The notes below the pieces were generated by a model. The model saw only the letters and a program-made list of their open reading frames with translations. It was not told where the DNA came from and did no database searches. This document shows, piece after piece, positions 29,693-37,759 of a stretch of 62,845 nt of DNA (positions within the stretch are counted from its first letter, which is position 1; every line of letters begins with the position of its first letter). The stretch spans positions 1 through 62,845 of the IMG/VR virus record IMGVR_UViG_3300005528_000064; one strand, written 5' to 3'. The DNA is from a virus (Duplodnaviria > Caudoviricetes). The translations under genes and the position numbers were made by a program.

Positions 29693-29816
29693 GTTGTTCT
29701 CCTGATAAAAATTTGGCACACTCCGGCAGCGCACAGAAGAAGCCACAGTTGATCCCAGCGTGGATGTGCCTCTCCAGCACAGCGATGCGCTCTCTCAACA
29801 CTTCAACTTCAGTCAT
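29586..29816 (-). CDS. Hypothetical protein
   Basis: GGAGG RBS before MTEVEVL; 3' end overlaps the next ORF. Confidence 0.4.
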   Translation of the reverse strand: MTEVEVLRERIAVLERHIHAGINCGFFCALPECAKFLSGEQREQDATDEARPQAVERASCSTGSEPGQCSEVDQGR

Positions 29817-29836
29817 CTTGCACCTCCAGAGCCCCG

Positions 29837-29883
29837 ATGCTACACTGAACCTGCCTGATGACAACTAGGGGTTTATACCTAGT
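29837..29883 (-). promoter_or_regulatory. Leftward promoter with upstream CCCTAG palindrome
   Basis: ACTAGGTATAAACCCCTAG-TTGTCA-16-TAGCAT on the minus strand. Confidence 0.55.
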
Positions 29884-29907
29884 GCATTCGGGCAACAGGA
29901 GGTCAGA

Positions 29908-30072
29908 ATGAACGAGCAGATGAGGCATCTGGTGGCAGCGTTGTACCAGCACAGTGCATTGGTGCCAGCGGTGCAGGTGCCGAGTGAAGTGTTCCGCCGT
30001 CTGGTGGAAGTAGCAATGAAGCGGCCTGCCGAGGTGGAGGACGCAGTGATCATCAACAAGGAGAAGCAATGA
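29908..30072 (+). CDS. Hypothetical protein (54 aa, not in ORF track)
   Basis: AGGAGG RBS; MNEQMRHLVAALY...KEKQ; ATGA overlap with the next gene. Confidence 0.6.
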   Translation: MNEQMRHLVAALYQHSALVPAVQVPSEVFRRLVEVAMKRPAEVEDAVIINKEKQ

Positions 30073-30296
30073 GCATTCAAAAACGGATTGGAGTGGTGTT
30101 TGGCGCGGCCTATTTCATCATCTTTGTGATCTGCTTCGGCCCAGCCACAGTGGACAGCGAGAGGGCTCAGCGAGAGCACAAGGCCGAATGCGAGCGCAAG
30201 GCACAGCAGCCGTGCGCCTGGGGTCCGAGCCCGGCAGACGGACTCTACAAGGCGATGTTTTGGCCGTTCTGGCTTTCTTACATGGCGGCCAAGTGA
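30069..30296 (+). CDS. Hypothetical membrane protein (cassette 1)
   Basis: TM segments, FWPFW; followed by a junction repeat. Confidence 0.65.
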   Translation: MSIQKRIGVVFGAAYFIIFVICFGPATVDSERAQREHKAECERKAQQPCAWGPSPADGLYKAMFWPFWLSYMAAK

Positions 30297-30339
30297 AGCG
30301 CCCTAACGTGAACAGGCTAAACATCAAGGAGAAGGAAAC

Positions 30340-30525
30340 ATGAAAAATGCAATGATCCTGAGTGCCGCGATTCTGTTGACCGGCTGCGGCTGGTTTGACC
30401 GCCAAGTGGCAACGGCGACCGGCTATGCCCGTGTGTGCGTGGATGGTGTTGAGTACCTGCAATTCACGAGCGGTGCGACTGTGGCCTACACACGAGACGG
30501 CAAGGTAAAGACCTGCGGCATCTGA
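30340..30525 (+). CDS. Small lipoprotein (cassette 2)
   Basis: Signal peptide with LTGC lipobox. Confidence 0.7.
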   Translation: MKNAMILSAAILLTGCGWFDRQVATATGYARVCVDGVEYLQFTSGATVAYTRDGKVKTCGI

Positions 30526-30564
30526 CCCTAACGTGAACAGGCCCCATGCAACAGAGGAGAAGCA

Positions 30565-30795
30565 ATGAAGATAAGCGAACTGATCCATGCGCTTGAGCGC
30601 ATCAAAGCAGAGCACGGCGACCTAGATGTGGAGCGCACTGGCTGGGGTGGCTCCCGCGCACCTGTGCGGCCACCTGTGCTTGCGCATCGTGCAAAGCTGC
30701 GCGGTAGCGAAAGCAAGCCACGTTTTGCCGAGTGGTTTTCCTACGAGAACAACTACGAAAAAGAGCGCATTGGCGAAGCGGTGTGCCGCTTGTGA
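30565..30795 (+). CDS. Hypothetical protein (cassette 3)
   Basis: GAGGAG RBS; MKISELI..L...HGDLDV. Confidence 0.65.
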   Translation: MKISELIHALERIKAEHGDLDVERTGWGGSRAPVRPPVLAHRAKLRGSESKPRFAEWFSYENNYEKERIGEAVCRL

Positions 30796-30843
30796 GTCTT
30801 AACGTGAACAGGCCGCACGCCTTCGGCCTAACTTTTGAACACC

Positions 30844-31635
30844 ATGAAAAAACTCAACATCCAATCAATCATCATCGACAAGGGCACCCAGAGCAGGGCT
30901 TCGATCAGCGAGGACACCGTTACCGACTACGCTGAGGCGATGCAAGCGGGCGACGAGTTCCCGCCTGTCATCGCGTTCTTCGACGGGGTTGAGTGTTACT
31001 TGGCCGATGGCTTCCACCGTCTGCATGCCGTCAAGCGCCTGGGCAAAACAAGCATCCAAGCCGATGTGCGGACGGGAACTCTGAGGGATGCCATCCTCTA
31101 TAGCCTGGGCGCGAACCGGGACCACGGCCTGCGTCGGAGCAATGCAGACAAGCGCAAGTGCGTGCAGACCCTGCTGGATGATTTCGAGTGGGGCGACCTA
31201 TCCGTCAACGAGATGGCCCGCATCTGTGGAGTGAGCCCTCAGCTTGTCCTGGCCGTCAAGGCAGAGATGGACGGTGGCGAGAAGGTTTCCACCGTTAAAA
31301 CTAACGCTCCGAAGAAGCCTGCCAAGTTGAACAACGTGGTTGAAGCCCCGTTGGAACCGACAAATTTAACGCCCGAGCGGGACGAAGCGGTTCAAGAACT
31401 GGTGGCCGAGAACCAGCGCCTGAGCGACCGGCTTGCGGTGGAAGCGATGGAAGCAACGCCAGAGGAAAAGGTTGCCGCATCTGAAACCATCGCAGAACTG
31501 CGGGAGCAGATCAGGATTCTGGAGATTGAGAACCAGTCCCTCAAAATTTCACGGGACACCTTCCAGCGGGAGAACGGTGAACTGAAGAAGACCGTGGCAT
31601 CCCTGCAGCGCAAGCTGAAGAAGGAGGAAGTGTGA
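30844..31635 (+). CDS. ParB/Srx N-terminal domain protein with HTH and coiled coil
   Basis: LADGFHRLHA, ANRDHGLRRSNADKRK, SVNEMARICGVS. Confidence 0.82.
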   Translation: MKKLNIQSIIIDKGTQSRASISEDTVTDYAEAMQAGDEFPPVIAFFDGVECYLADGFHRLHAVKRLGKTSIQADVRTGTLRDAILYSLGANRDHGLRRSNADKRKCVQTLLDDFEWGDLSVNEMARICGVSPQLVLAVKAEMDGGEKVSTVKTNAPKKPAKLNNVVEAPLEPTNLTPERDEAVQELVAENQRLSDRLAVEAMEATPEEKVAASETIAELREQIRILEIENQSLKISRDTFQRENGELKKTVASLQRKLKKEEV

Positions 31636-31913
31636 ACACAGAAGATTTGAGCGCCGCCGTTCGTGGGTCCGGGTTCAGCGCCGGACTGGGTGCCGTGGTG
31701 GCATTTGAGCGCCGCGACGGCGGCATGGCTATGTGCTCTTGGCTGGGCGAAACAGTGGCGGCCTGGGCGAAGTTCGACGTTGAGTGTCCGCAAGAACTGC
31801 CTATTTCGCGGATGCGTGAACACATTGTTGAGGCGATGCCTCGCGGGCTTGCCGAGCGGCCTGGCCCTGACTTCTGGAAGGTGATCTGCTTCAAGGCGCG
31901 TAACCTGAAATAG
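31632..31913 (+). CDS. Hypothetical protein
   Basis: GTGA-coupled ORF. Confidence 0.55.
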   Translation: MNTEDLSAAVRGSGFSAGLGAVVAFERRDGGMAMCSWLGETVAAWAKFDVECPQELPISRMREHIVEAMPRGLAERPGPDFWKVICFKARNLK

Positions 31914-31958
31914 ACCACGCCCACGCCAGCGGGCTAGTGCTGGCAGCGGAGAACCTAA

Positions 31959-33422
31959 TTGAAACTAGAACTGAGAGAGAAGCAAGTCCTCGCCATTGAG
32001 CTACTGCGAGAAGGATTTGCACAAGGCCACCGCGCTCAAATACTTGCCGCGCCTGTCGGTTTTGGGAAGACTGAAGTAGCCATTGCCTTGCTTGAGGCGG
32101 CAAAAAAAAAGGGCACAAGATCATCAATGATCCTTGACCGCATAGTTCTGTGCGATCAAACGTCCCAGCGACTTGATAAATACGGCATAGATCATGGCGT
32201 ACTCCAGTCAGGACATTGGCGCTACAGGCCCAGCGAATACATACAGGTGTGCTCCGCGCAAACCTTGGAAGCAAGGGGATCTGTACCAGATACCAAGCTG
32301 CTTATCATAGATGAATGCCATTGTTCCCGCAAAGCCACCAACGAACTCATCAAGAATAACCCGCATATTAAAGTTGTTGGGTTATCTGCAACACCGCTAA
32401 CTAAGGGGCTTGGACAGATTTATTCCAAGGTGATTAACCCAGTCACAACGAAAGAACTTGTAGAGAAAAAGCTACTTACCCCGCTAAAAGTATTTATCTC
32501 CAAGGAGATTGATATGAAAGGGGCGAAGAAAGTTGCGGGGGAATGGTCAGATGCAGAGGCTTCTTCAAGAGCGATGAAAATCGTTGGCGATGTAGTTGCC
32601 GAATGGGTAAAGAAGACTCACGAAATATACGGCAAGCCTGTCAAAACAATCGTATTCTGTGCTGGCGTTGAGCACGGTGCAGAGTTAGCCAGTAGGTTCC
32701 GTGAGCAAGGATATAACTTCGTAAGTATTTCTTACAGAGATGACGATCAGTTTAAAAAGGACGTCATTGAAGACTTCTCAAAACCTGATACAGAGATACA
32801 CGGTATCTGTGCCGTAGACATACTTACCAAGGGTTTCTCGGTTGACGATGTGCATATCGGAATATCTGCCAGACCATTCTCAAAGTCTTTGTCATCACAT
32901 ATTCAGCAAATGGGCAGAGTTATGCGGACGCATAGCACAAAACAATTTGCAACGTGGCTTGACTTTTCGGGAAACTATTTAAGGTTCAGAGAAGACTGGG
33001 AGAAGATATACGACAGCGGTATTGATGAGCTTGATGATGGCGCTGAAAAAGCCAAGCAGGAACCCGACGAGAAGGAGAAGAAAGAATCCAAGTGCCCCGC
33101 CTGCGGTGCCCTGTGGCCGCGTGGTTCTGATACTTGTACGAACTGCGGGCATGTGCGGGAGCGCAAATCTGCGGTGGTATCTGTCCCCGGCCAGATGGAA
33201 GAACTGGGTTCCATGTCACGCGATGACAAACAAGCGTGGTGGAGCATGGCGCAGTACAAAGTACAGACTGGATCGTGGACAGACAAACGTGCTCTTGCGA
33301 ATTACCGCGAGAAGTTTGGTGTGTGGCCAAAAGGTTTGAATGACACACCGCTACCACCTACGCGGGCGTTTGAGAGCTTTGCAATCAAGAGCATCAGGAA
33401 GTACCTGAAGGGCAAGCGATGA
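31959..33422 (+). CDS. Superfamily II (DExH) helicase with C-terminal Zn finger
   Basis: APVGFGKT, DECH, SAT, QQMGRVMR, CPAC...CTNC. Confidence 0.9.
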   Translation: MKLELREKQVLAIELLREGFAQGHRAQILAAPVGFGKTEVAIALLEAAKKKGTRSSMILDRIVLCDQTSQRLDKYGIDHGVLQSGHWRYRPSEYIQVCSAQTLEARGSVPDTKLLIIDECHCSRKATNELIKNNPHIKVVGLSATPLTKGLGQIYSKVINPVTTKELVEKKLLTPLKVFISKEIDMKGAKKVAGEWSDAEASSRAMKIVGDVVAEWVKKTHEIYGKPVKTIVFCAGVEHGAELASRFREQGYNFVSISYRDDDQFKKDVIEDFSKPDTEIHGICAVDILTKGFSVDDVHIGISARPFSKSLSSHIQQMGRVMRTHSTKQFATWLDFSGNYLRFREDWEKIYDSGIDELDDGAEKAKQEPDEKEKKESKCPACGALWPRGSDTCTNCGHVRERKSAVVSVPGQMEELGSMSRDDKQAWWSMAQYKVQTGSWTDKRALANYREKFGVWPKGLNDTPLPPTRAFESFAIKSIRKYLKGKR

Positions 33423-34255
33423 ACTTCCTAGACTTTTGCCGAGCGCACGGTATCCTGATCGAGCACTTGCCTCCCGTCGGTCTGTGGAGGCGGTATCCCA
33501 CGGAGGACAAACCGCGCCACAAAAACGGAGCAGTCAAGTGGATGCTTGACCACGGCTTCTGTCAAAACCACGCCACTGAGGTAACTGTTTCCGTCTGGCG
33601 ACCTGATGAGCCCGTAAAAATTAACAGGCGTGACCTAGCCGAGCAGGCCCGCAGAGCAGAGCAGGATACTCTGCGAAGGCAAGCAGAAGCGGCCAAGAAA
33701 GCCGCTTGGATACTTCACCAATGTCAGTACGCATCGCATCCATACCTCAAGGCCAAGGGTTTCCCTGACGAAGTTGGAAATGTTTGGGTACGTGAGGGTG
33801 AGCATCTGCTGGTGATCCCCATGAGAATTGGAAACCGGCTGGTGGGCGTTCAACTGATCGACTCCGAGGGCAAGAAGAATTTCCTGTCGGGTCAGGTCAC
33901 GGGCGGCGCGGAGTATGTGATAGATAACCGAGGAGTGAACATACTGGCAGAGGGGTACGCGACCGCGCTCTCCGTAAGGAAAATTATGAAGAGCCTGAAG
34001 ATGCGTTACAAAATAAGAGTGACGTTCTCAGCAGGTAATCTACTGAAAGTTGCCAGAACTCTAGACTCTGCATTGGTGATCGCAGACAACGATGTCAGTG
34101 GTGTGGGGCAAAAGACCGCTATTGAGACGGGCTTCCCATACTGGATCAGTGATACCGTTGGAGAAGACTTCAATGACTACCATCTAAGGGTAGGTATATT
34201 CAAAGCCACTCAGGCCATATACAAAGTGCTTCAACAACACAAGCTAACAAGTTAG
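33419..34255 (+). CDS. TOPRIM-domain primase
   Basis: HPYL..KG, LVIPM, AEGYATALS, IADND, DFND. Confidence 0.85.
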   Translation: MNFLDFCRAHGILIEHLPPVGLWRRYPTEDKPRHKNGAVKWMLDHGFCQNHATEVTVSVWRPDEPVKINRRDLAEQARRAEQDTLRRQAEAAKKAAWILHQCQYASHPYLKAKGFPDEVGNVWVREGEHLLVIPMRIGNRLVGVQLIDSEGKKNFLSGQVTGGAEYVIDNRGVNILAEGYATALSVRKIMKSLKMRYKIRVTFSAGNLLKVARTLDSALVIADNDVSGVGQKTAIETGFPYWISDTVGEDFNDYHLRVGIFKATQAIYKVLQQHKLTS

Positions 34256-34258
34256 AAT
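34230..34258 (+). promoter_or_regulatory. Sigma70-like promoter for the HNH gene
   Basis: TTCAAC-17-TAGAAT. Confidence 0.5.
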
Positions 34259-34263
34259 TAGGG

Positions 34264-34311
34264 GTGGCTACCTTTAGCGGGGGAAAAGCAGACTGAACCA
34301 CTGCCTGCCAC
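34264..34311 (+). ncRNA. Three-way-junction RNA leader (possibly C4/c4-2-like)
   Basis: GTGGC/GCCAC closing stem, two inner hairpins, GAAAA junction; loop complementary to downstream GGTTCA repeats. Confidence 0.5.
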
Positions 34312-34342
34312 AACTATCCTGGTTCATCATGAGGGGTTCATC

Positions 34343-35080
34343 ATGAAAACTTGTACTAAGTGTAAACAAGAGAAACCGTTTAGTGAGTTTCATAAAGATA
34401 AAACATCAAAAACAGGGTTCAGATCACGATGCAAAGTTTGTTGCGCGGAAGATAGTTCAAATAGATACTATGAAAATCCACAAAAACACATAGCAATAGC
34501 GCGCAAATGGCAAGATAAAAATAAAGAAAAAGTAGTGGCAACCAGAAAAGCACGCTACAAAAACAACAAAGAAAAGTTAAAAGAAGTTAGTCGTAAATAC
34601 AGAGAACAAAACCCAGATAAAACATGGGAACACAATAAAAAGTATTACGAACAGAATAAGGAGAGAGAAAAACTTAGAGCAAAAATATATAGGCAACAAA
34701 ATCCTGACAAAGTTAAAGAAATACAAAGATCCTATATTTTAAGAAACAAAGAAAAAGTTAAACAAGCAAGACTAAAGTACAAAAAAGAAAATCCTGAAAT
34801 ATTTAAAAGAATAAATCAGAACAGAAGAGCAAGAAAACTAGCATCAAATGGCAAGTTATCTTCTGGGCTGGCGCAAAAGTTATATACGCTGCAAAACGGC
34901 AAATGCGCTTGTTGTAAGAAGCCTCTAGGTGACAACTACCATATGGATCACATCATGCCATTAGCACTGGGTGGATCAAACACAGATGACAACATTCAAC
35001 TTCTTAGGGCGCAGTGCAATAACCAAAAATACAGCAAGCACCCTGTAGATTTCATGCAGGAAAGAGGCTACCTGCTTTAG
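34343..35080 (+). CDS. HNH homing endonuclease
   Basis: N-terminal CxxC, C-terminal CACC...DHIMPL..GGSN...NIQLL...CN; very A-rich. Confidence 0.88.
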   Translation: MKTCTKCKQEKPFSEFHKDKTSKTGFRSRCKVCCAEDSSNRYYENPQKHIAIARKWQDKNKEKVVATRKARYKNNKEKLKEVSRKYREQNPDKTWEHNKKYYEQNKEREKLRAKIYRQQNPDKVKEIQRSYILRNKEKVKQARLKYKKENPEIFKRINQNRRARKLASNGKLSSGLAQKLYTLQNGKCACCKKPLGDNYHMDHIMPLALGGSNTDDNIQLLRAQCNNQKYSKHPVDFMQERGYLL

Positions 35081-35088
35081 GGCAAAAT

Positions 35089-35280
35089 CTAGTGCTTCCC
35101 AGCACTCAGGGTGGGCATGTCCACCGTGAAGATTTCGGGGTGCTGCATTTCCAGATAGGACAGATGCCCCAAAATTTGCAGGCCGAGCGCCAGGACTTGC
35201 TCATCCCGGCCCACGGCATCTGATCGAATCGTGATCTGGTCACCCTCTTGTACGAGGGTAATTGTGACTAGCGTTGTCAA
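35089..35280 (-). CDS. Hypothetical protein
   Basis: Probable TTG start overlapping the upstream stop. Confidence 0.5.
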   Translation of the reverse strand: MTTLVTITLVQEGDQITIRSDAVGRDEQVLALGLQILGHLSYLEMQHPEIFTVDMPTLSAGKH

Positions 35281-35441
35281 TTGCAAGTCACATCGCACCG
35301 ACGAAGAGCCCCACTTCCGTAGCAGCACTCAGAGCAGTAAACGGTGCGACCGTTCATCGTCATGGTGTAGTACCGGCACGAATAGGCCAGGGCAGCAGTG
35401 GCGAAGAGGGTAGCGGCGAGGAAAGCGACAGTCTTTTTCAT
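35277..35441 (-). CDS. Secreted Cys-rich peptide
   Basis: CAGGAGA RBS; Sec signal ending in ALA; six Cys in a 35-aa mature part. Confidence 0.7.
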   Translation of the reverse strand: MKKTVAFLAATLFATAALAYSCRYYTMTMNGRTVYCSECCYGSGALRRCDVTCN

Positions 35442-35504
35442 GGGATTCTCCTGTTTGCCGAAAGTGGCAGTGAATGTTGCCATGCCTTAGCGTGTAGTGC
35501 AACA

Positions 35505-35520
35505 CTGTGAATTTTTACAG
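35505..35520. promoter_or_regulatory. LexA (SOS) box
   Basis: CTGTGAATTTTTACAG. Confidence 0.7.
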
Positions 35521-35568
35521 TGTGTCTACTACTCCAAAATGGTGGAAGTAGGAAACCGTTCGGCAATA

Positions 35569-35584
35569 CTGTAAATTTTTACAG
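35569..35584. promoter_or_regulatory. LexA (SOS) box
   Basis: (TA)CTGTAAATTTTTACAG(T). Confidence 0.7.
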
Positions 35585-36157
35585 TGGTCGCCAATCCGTT
35601 TGGTCCCAGTTCCCTTTGCCGTGGTTGCACTCATGGCATAGAACTTGAAGGTTATCAACGTCCAAGGCCAGATGGGGGAACAATTTTCGGGGCTTGATAT
35701 GGTCAACGTGGATGACTGCGCCTGTTGCGGGAGTAGCGCCGCAGCATTGGCAGCGGGCACCGTACTTCTTCAGGGCCACCATGCGCGTCTTGCGCCATTC
35801 ATATGTGGATAGAAACTCAGTAGTCGTGACATCAATACCGGCAACCGTTTGTGGTGCCAGCTTGGTGCTCAATGCCTTGGATTTCCTTGGCATCAACCCC
35901 TTGGCGCGGCGCTCCGCAAGTTTTGCTCGGTGCTTCTGCCGTTTTGTCAGTTTTTTCTGAACTGGCTCCACTACAGCGGGCGCTTTCTTTTCAACGACAG
36001 GAGGAACTTTCGCCGCAATCTTCGCCTTGCGTTCTTCCTTCTTCTTGATGTCTTTTGCAATACGAGCGTTGGCTCTAATCTTTGATAGGAAAGCCCGCCT
36101 TCTTTCTGGCGTGGCTTTCTGCCATTCTTCAGACTTGAACAGGTCTTCTTCTTCCAT
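35579..36157 (-). CDS. HNH endonuclease
   Basis: CQCCG...HVDHIKP...NLQVLCHECNHGK. Confidence 0.88.
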   Translation of the reverse strand: MEEEDLFKSEEWQKATPERRRAFLSKIRANARIAKDIKKKEERKAKIAAKVPPVVEKKAPAVVEPVQKKLTKRQKHRAKLAERRAKGLMPRKSKALSTKLAPQTVAGIDVTTTEFLSTYEWRKTRMVALKKYGARCQCCGATPATGAVIHVDHIKPRKLFPHLALDVDNLQVLCHECNHGKGNWDQTDWRPL

Positions 36158-36159
36158 CG

Positions 36160-36684
36160 TTACTCAGCCGAGACAGAAATGCTCCGGCCTTCCTCTGAGT
36201 ATTCAATCTGCATCTTGATCTTCCGCAGATCGTTGAACTTGCGGCGGTTCTCCAGCACTCTCGGGTCAGTACCTACCGCAAAGATATGAGGGTCAATCAT
36301 GTAGACGCCATTGACCACGCGCATGAGCAGGCCGCTTCCGATGAGTTCCCGCGTGGCGTTGTAGATCACTTGGTTCTTCAGGCCGGTGCGCTCCGTGATT
36401 TCCTTACGCTCTACCGGGGTGATGATGACATGGTTCTGATCGTCTCTGACCATCGAACCAAGTTCAATGAACAGAACCATCGCAGACCGAGACAGACCGT
36501 AGAGTCGGCATAGGTCAGCGTAGAACATTTTGGTGAACGTCAGATGCGTAGCACCTTCCTTGCGCGTCACCTCTTTGACAACCTCGGTTGCCCGCAAAAT
36601 TTCGCCCGTCTCGGCGTCAGTTGTCAGCGTCCGCTCCAGGCTACTGTAGACCGCACGGGCTTGCTTGCTCATCACATCACGCAT
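36160..36684 (-). CDS. RepL-like winged-HTH replication protein (copy 2)
   Basis: DAETGEI, FTKMF, HTH, VYMIDPHIF; ATCAGGAGG RBS places the start at 36684. Confidence 0.7.
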   Translation of the reverse strand: MRDVMSKQARAVYSSLERTLTTDAETGEILRATEVVKEVTRKEGATHLTFTKMFYADLCRLYGLSRSAMVLFIELGSMVRDDQNHVIITPVERKEITERTGLKNQVIYNATRELIGSGLLMRVVNGVYMIDPHIFAVGTDPRVLENRRKFNDLRKIKMQIEYSEEGRSISVSAE

Positions 36685-36767
36685 AACTACCTCCTGATCT
36701 GGATGATAGCATCTAACGGAAAACAAGTAAAGACCTACTGAAGTCATCTACTCAAAAATGTATACGT

Positions 36768-36865
36768 TTACTTGCTACGAGTAAACTTACTTGTCACGAG
36801 TAAACTTACTTGCTACGAGTAAAGTTCCTTGTAGTGAGTAAATTTGTTACTCGCTATGAGTAAAC
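36768..36865. repeat. Five 19-bp palindromic iteron/operator repeats (consensus TTACTTGCTACGAGTAAAC)
   Basis: Units at 36768, 36787, 36806, 36825 and 36847. Confidence 0.88.
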
Positions 36866-37085
36866 GCACTACTCCCCACATGAGTGACCCCTAGCATTCA
36901 TGCGGGTTCCAGGCCGATTGCTCTTTTCTTCTCTTTGCGTAGCGTAGTGGTGTGCGTAGCTTCTTGGCCAGGGGAATGAGTGATGGGTCAGTCCTCCGCT
37001 ATGGCAGCGCAGCGTCTACCCGTGCGCTCCACCTCTCTGTCGTATCGTGCCCGCTCGGTTTTCGAGAGCAGCGTAGCAGGGGCGT

Positions 37086-37109
37086 AAAAAAGCCCGCCGA
37101 AGCGGGCTG
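37086..37109 (-). terminator. Rho-independent terminator ending the early operon
   Basis: AGCCCGC-TTCG-GCGGGCT-TTTTT on the minus strand; related copy at 37742-37758. Confidence 0.85.
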
Positions 37110-37111
37110 GG

Positions 37112-37471
37112 TCACTTTTTCGCTAGTTCCCTGCCGTGTCTGTGCAGTTCATCTTTTATGTAGGCCAATCCTTTCCTGCCCATGTTGGGGATACGGAGGA
37201 CTCTGTTCTCTGTCATGGAGCACAGTTGGTCAATCGTCCTTACGTCCTCAAAACGCAGGCAGTTCAGAACTCTGCAGGGCAAGTCCAGATCGTCAACCAT
37301 AACGTCAATTTCGGCTTGCGTTTCTTCCTTGGCCTTGAGAAATGCGACTTCTCTCTCGTATTCCTGCAGCATTTTGTAGGCAAGCTGGACGCGGAGGTGG
37401 ACCCCTCCCGTGCTCGCTGGCGCTTGGCCGTGCATCATGGTGAACAGTTGCCAGAGTCGTTCTTCGTTCAT
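37112..37471 (-). CDS. RNA polymerase alpha-subunit CTD-like protein
   Basis: VDDLDLPCRVLNCLR...I.TIDQL...LRIPNMGRKGL..IK. Confidence 0.85.
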   Translation of the reverse strand: MNEERLWQLFTMMHGQAPASTGGVHLRVQLAYKMLQEYEREVAFLKAKEETQAEIDVMVDDLDLPCRVLNCLRFEDVRTIDQLCSMTENRVLRIPNMGRKGLAYIKDELHRHGRELAKK

Positions 37472-37472
37472 G

Positions 37473-37724
37473 TCATACCCCAATTTTGTTGAGGAAGTTC
37501 CGCGCCTTGGTCAGCCGTGCGCGGTCCATGCCGACGTCACCATGCTCAAGGATATGAAACGCCAGGGAGTCCACGACAGAGCGCAGATGCTGCTCCAGTT
37601 CATCGCGCTCGGCTCGCAGTTCTTTGAAAGCGATGTTGTCGCGGGCGCGGGCCTGCTCCAGTTCGATCACGCGGTCGATTCCGTTGCGGGCGATATCAAT
37701 TACGCCCTGAACACCAGTTTCCAT
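37473..37724 (-). CDS. Hypothetical coiled-coil protein
   Basis: CAGGAGAAACCTATG start. Confidence 0.65.
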   Translation of the reverse strand: METGVQGVIDIARNGIDRVIELEQARARDNIAFKELRAERDELEQHLRSVVDSLAFHILEHGDVGMDRARLTKARNFLNKIGV

Positions 37725-37759
37725 AGGTTTCTCCTGTTTAGAAAGCCCGCCGAAGCGGT

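Larger units (their letters stand above)
30304..30813 (+). repeat. Three identical TAACGTGAACAGGC intergenic junctions (30304, 30529, 30800)
   Basis: Exact 14-bp repeat a few bases after each of three stop codons. Confidence 0.9.

Noticed and set aside
30304-30813. CRISPR-like repeat or complete attC sites
   Set aside because: The repeats are only 14 bp, the spacers are whole genes, and there are no L boxes or long hairpin. Reported only as attC-like remnants.
32102-32111. A9G slippery or phase-variable tract in the helicase
   Set aside because: Reads in frame as KKK, with no evident stimulatory structure or useful alternative frame.
36768-36865. CRISPR array
   Set aside because: The 19-bp units abut with no unique spacers, and there are no cas genes. 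The Cas4-like nuclease belongs to the recombination module.
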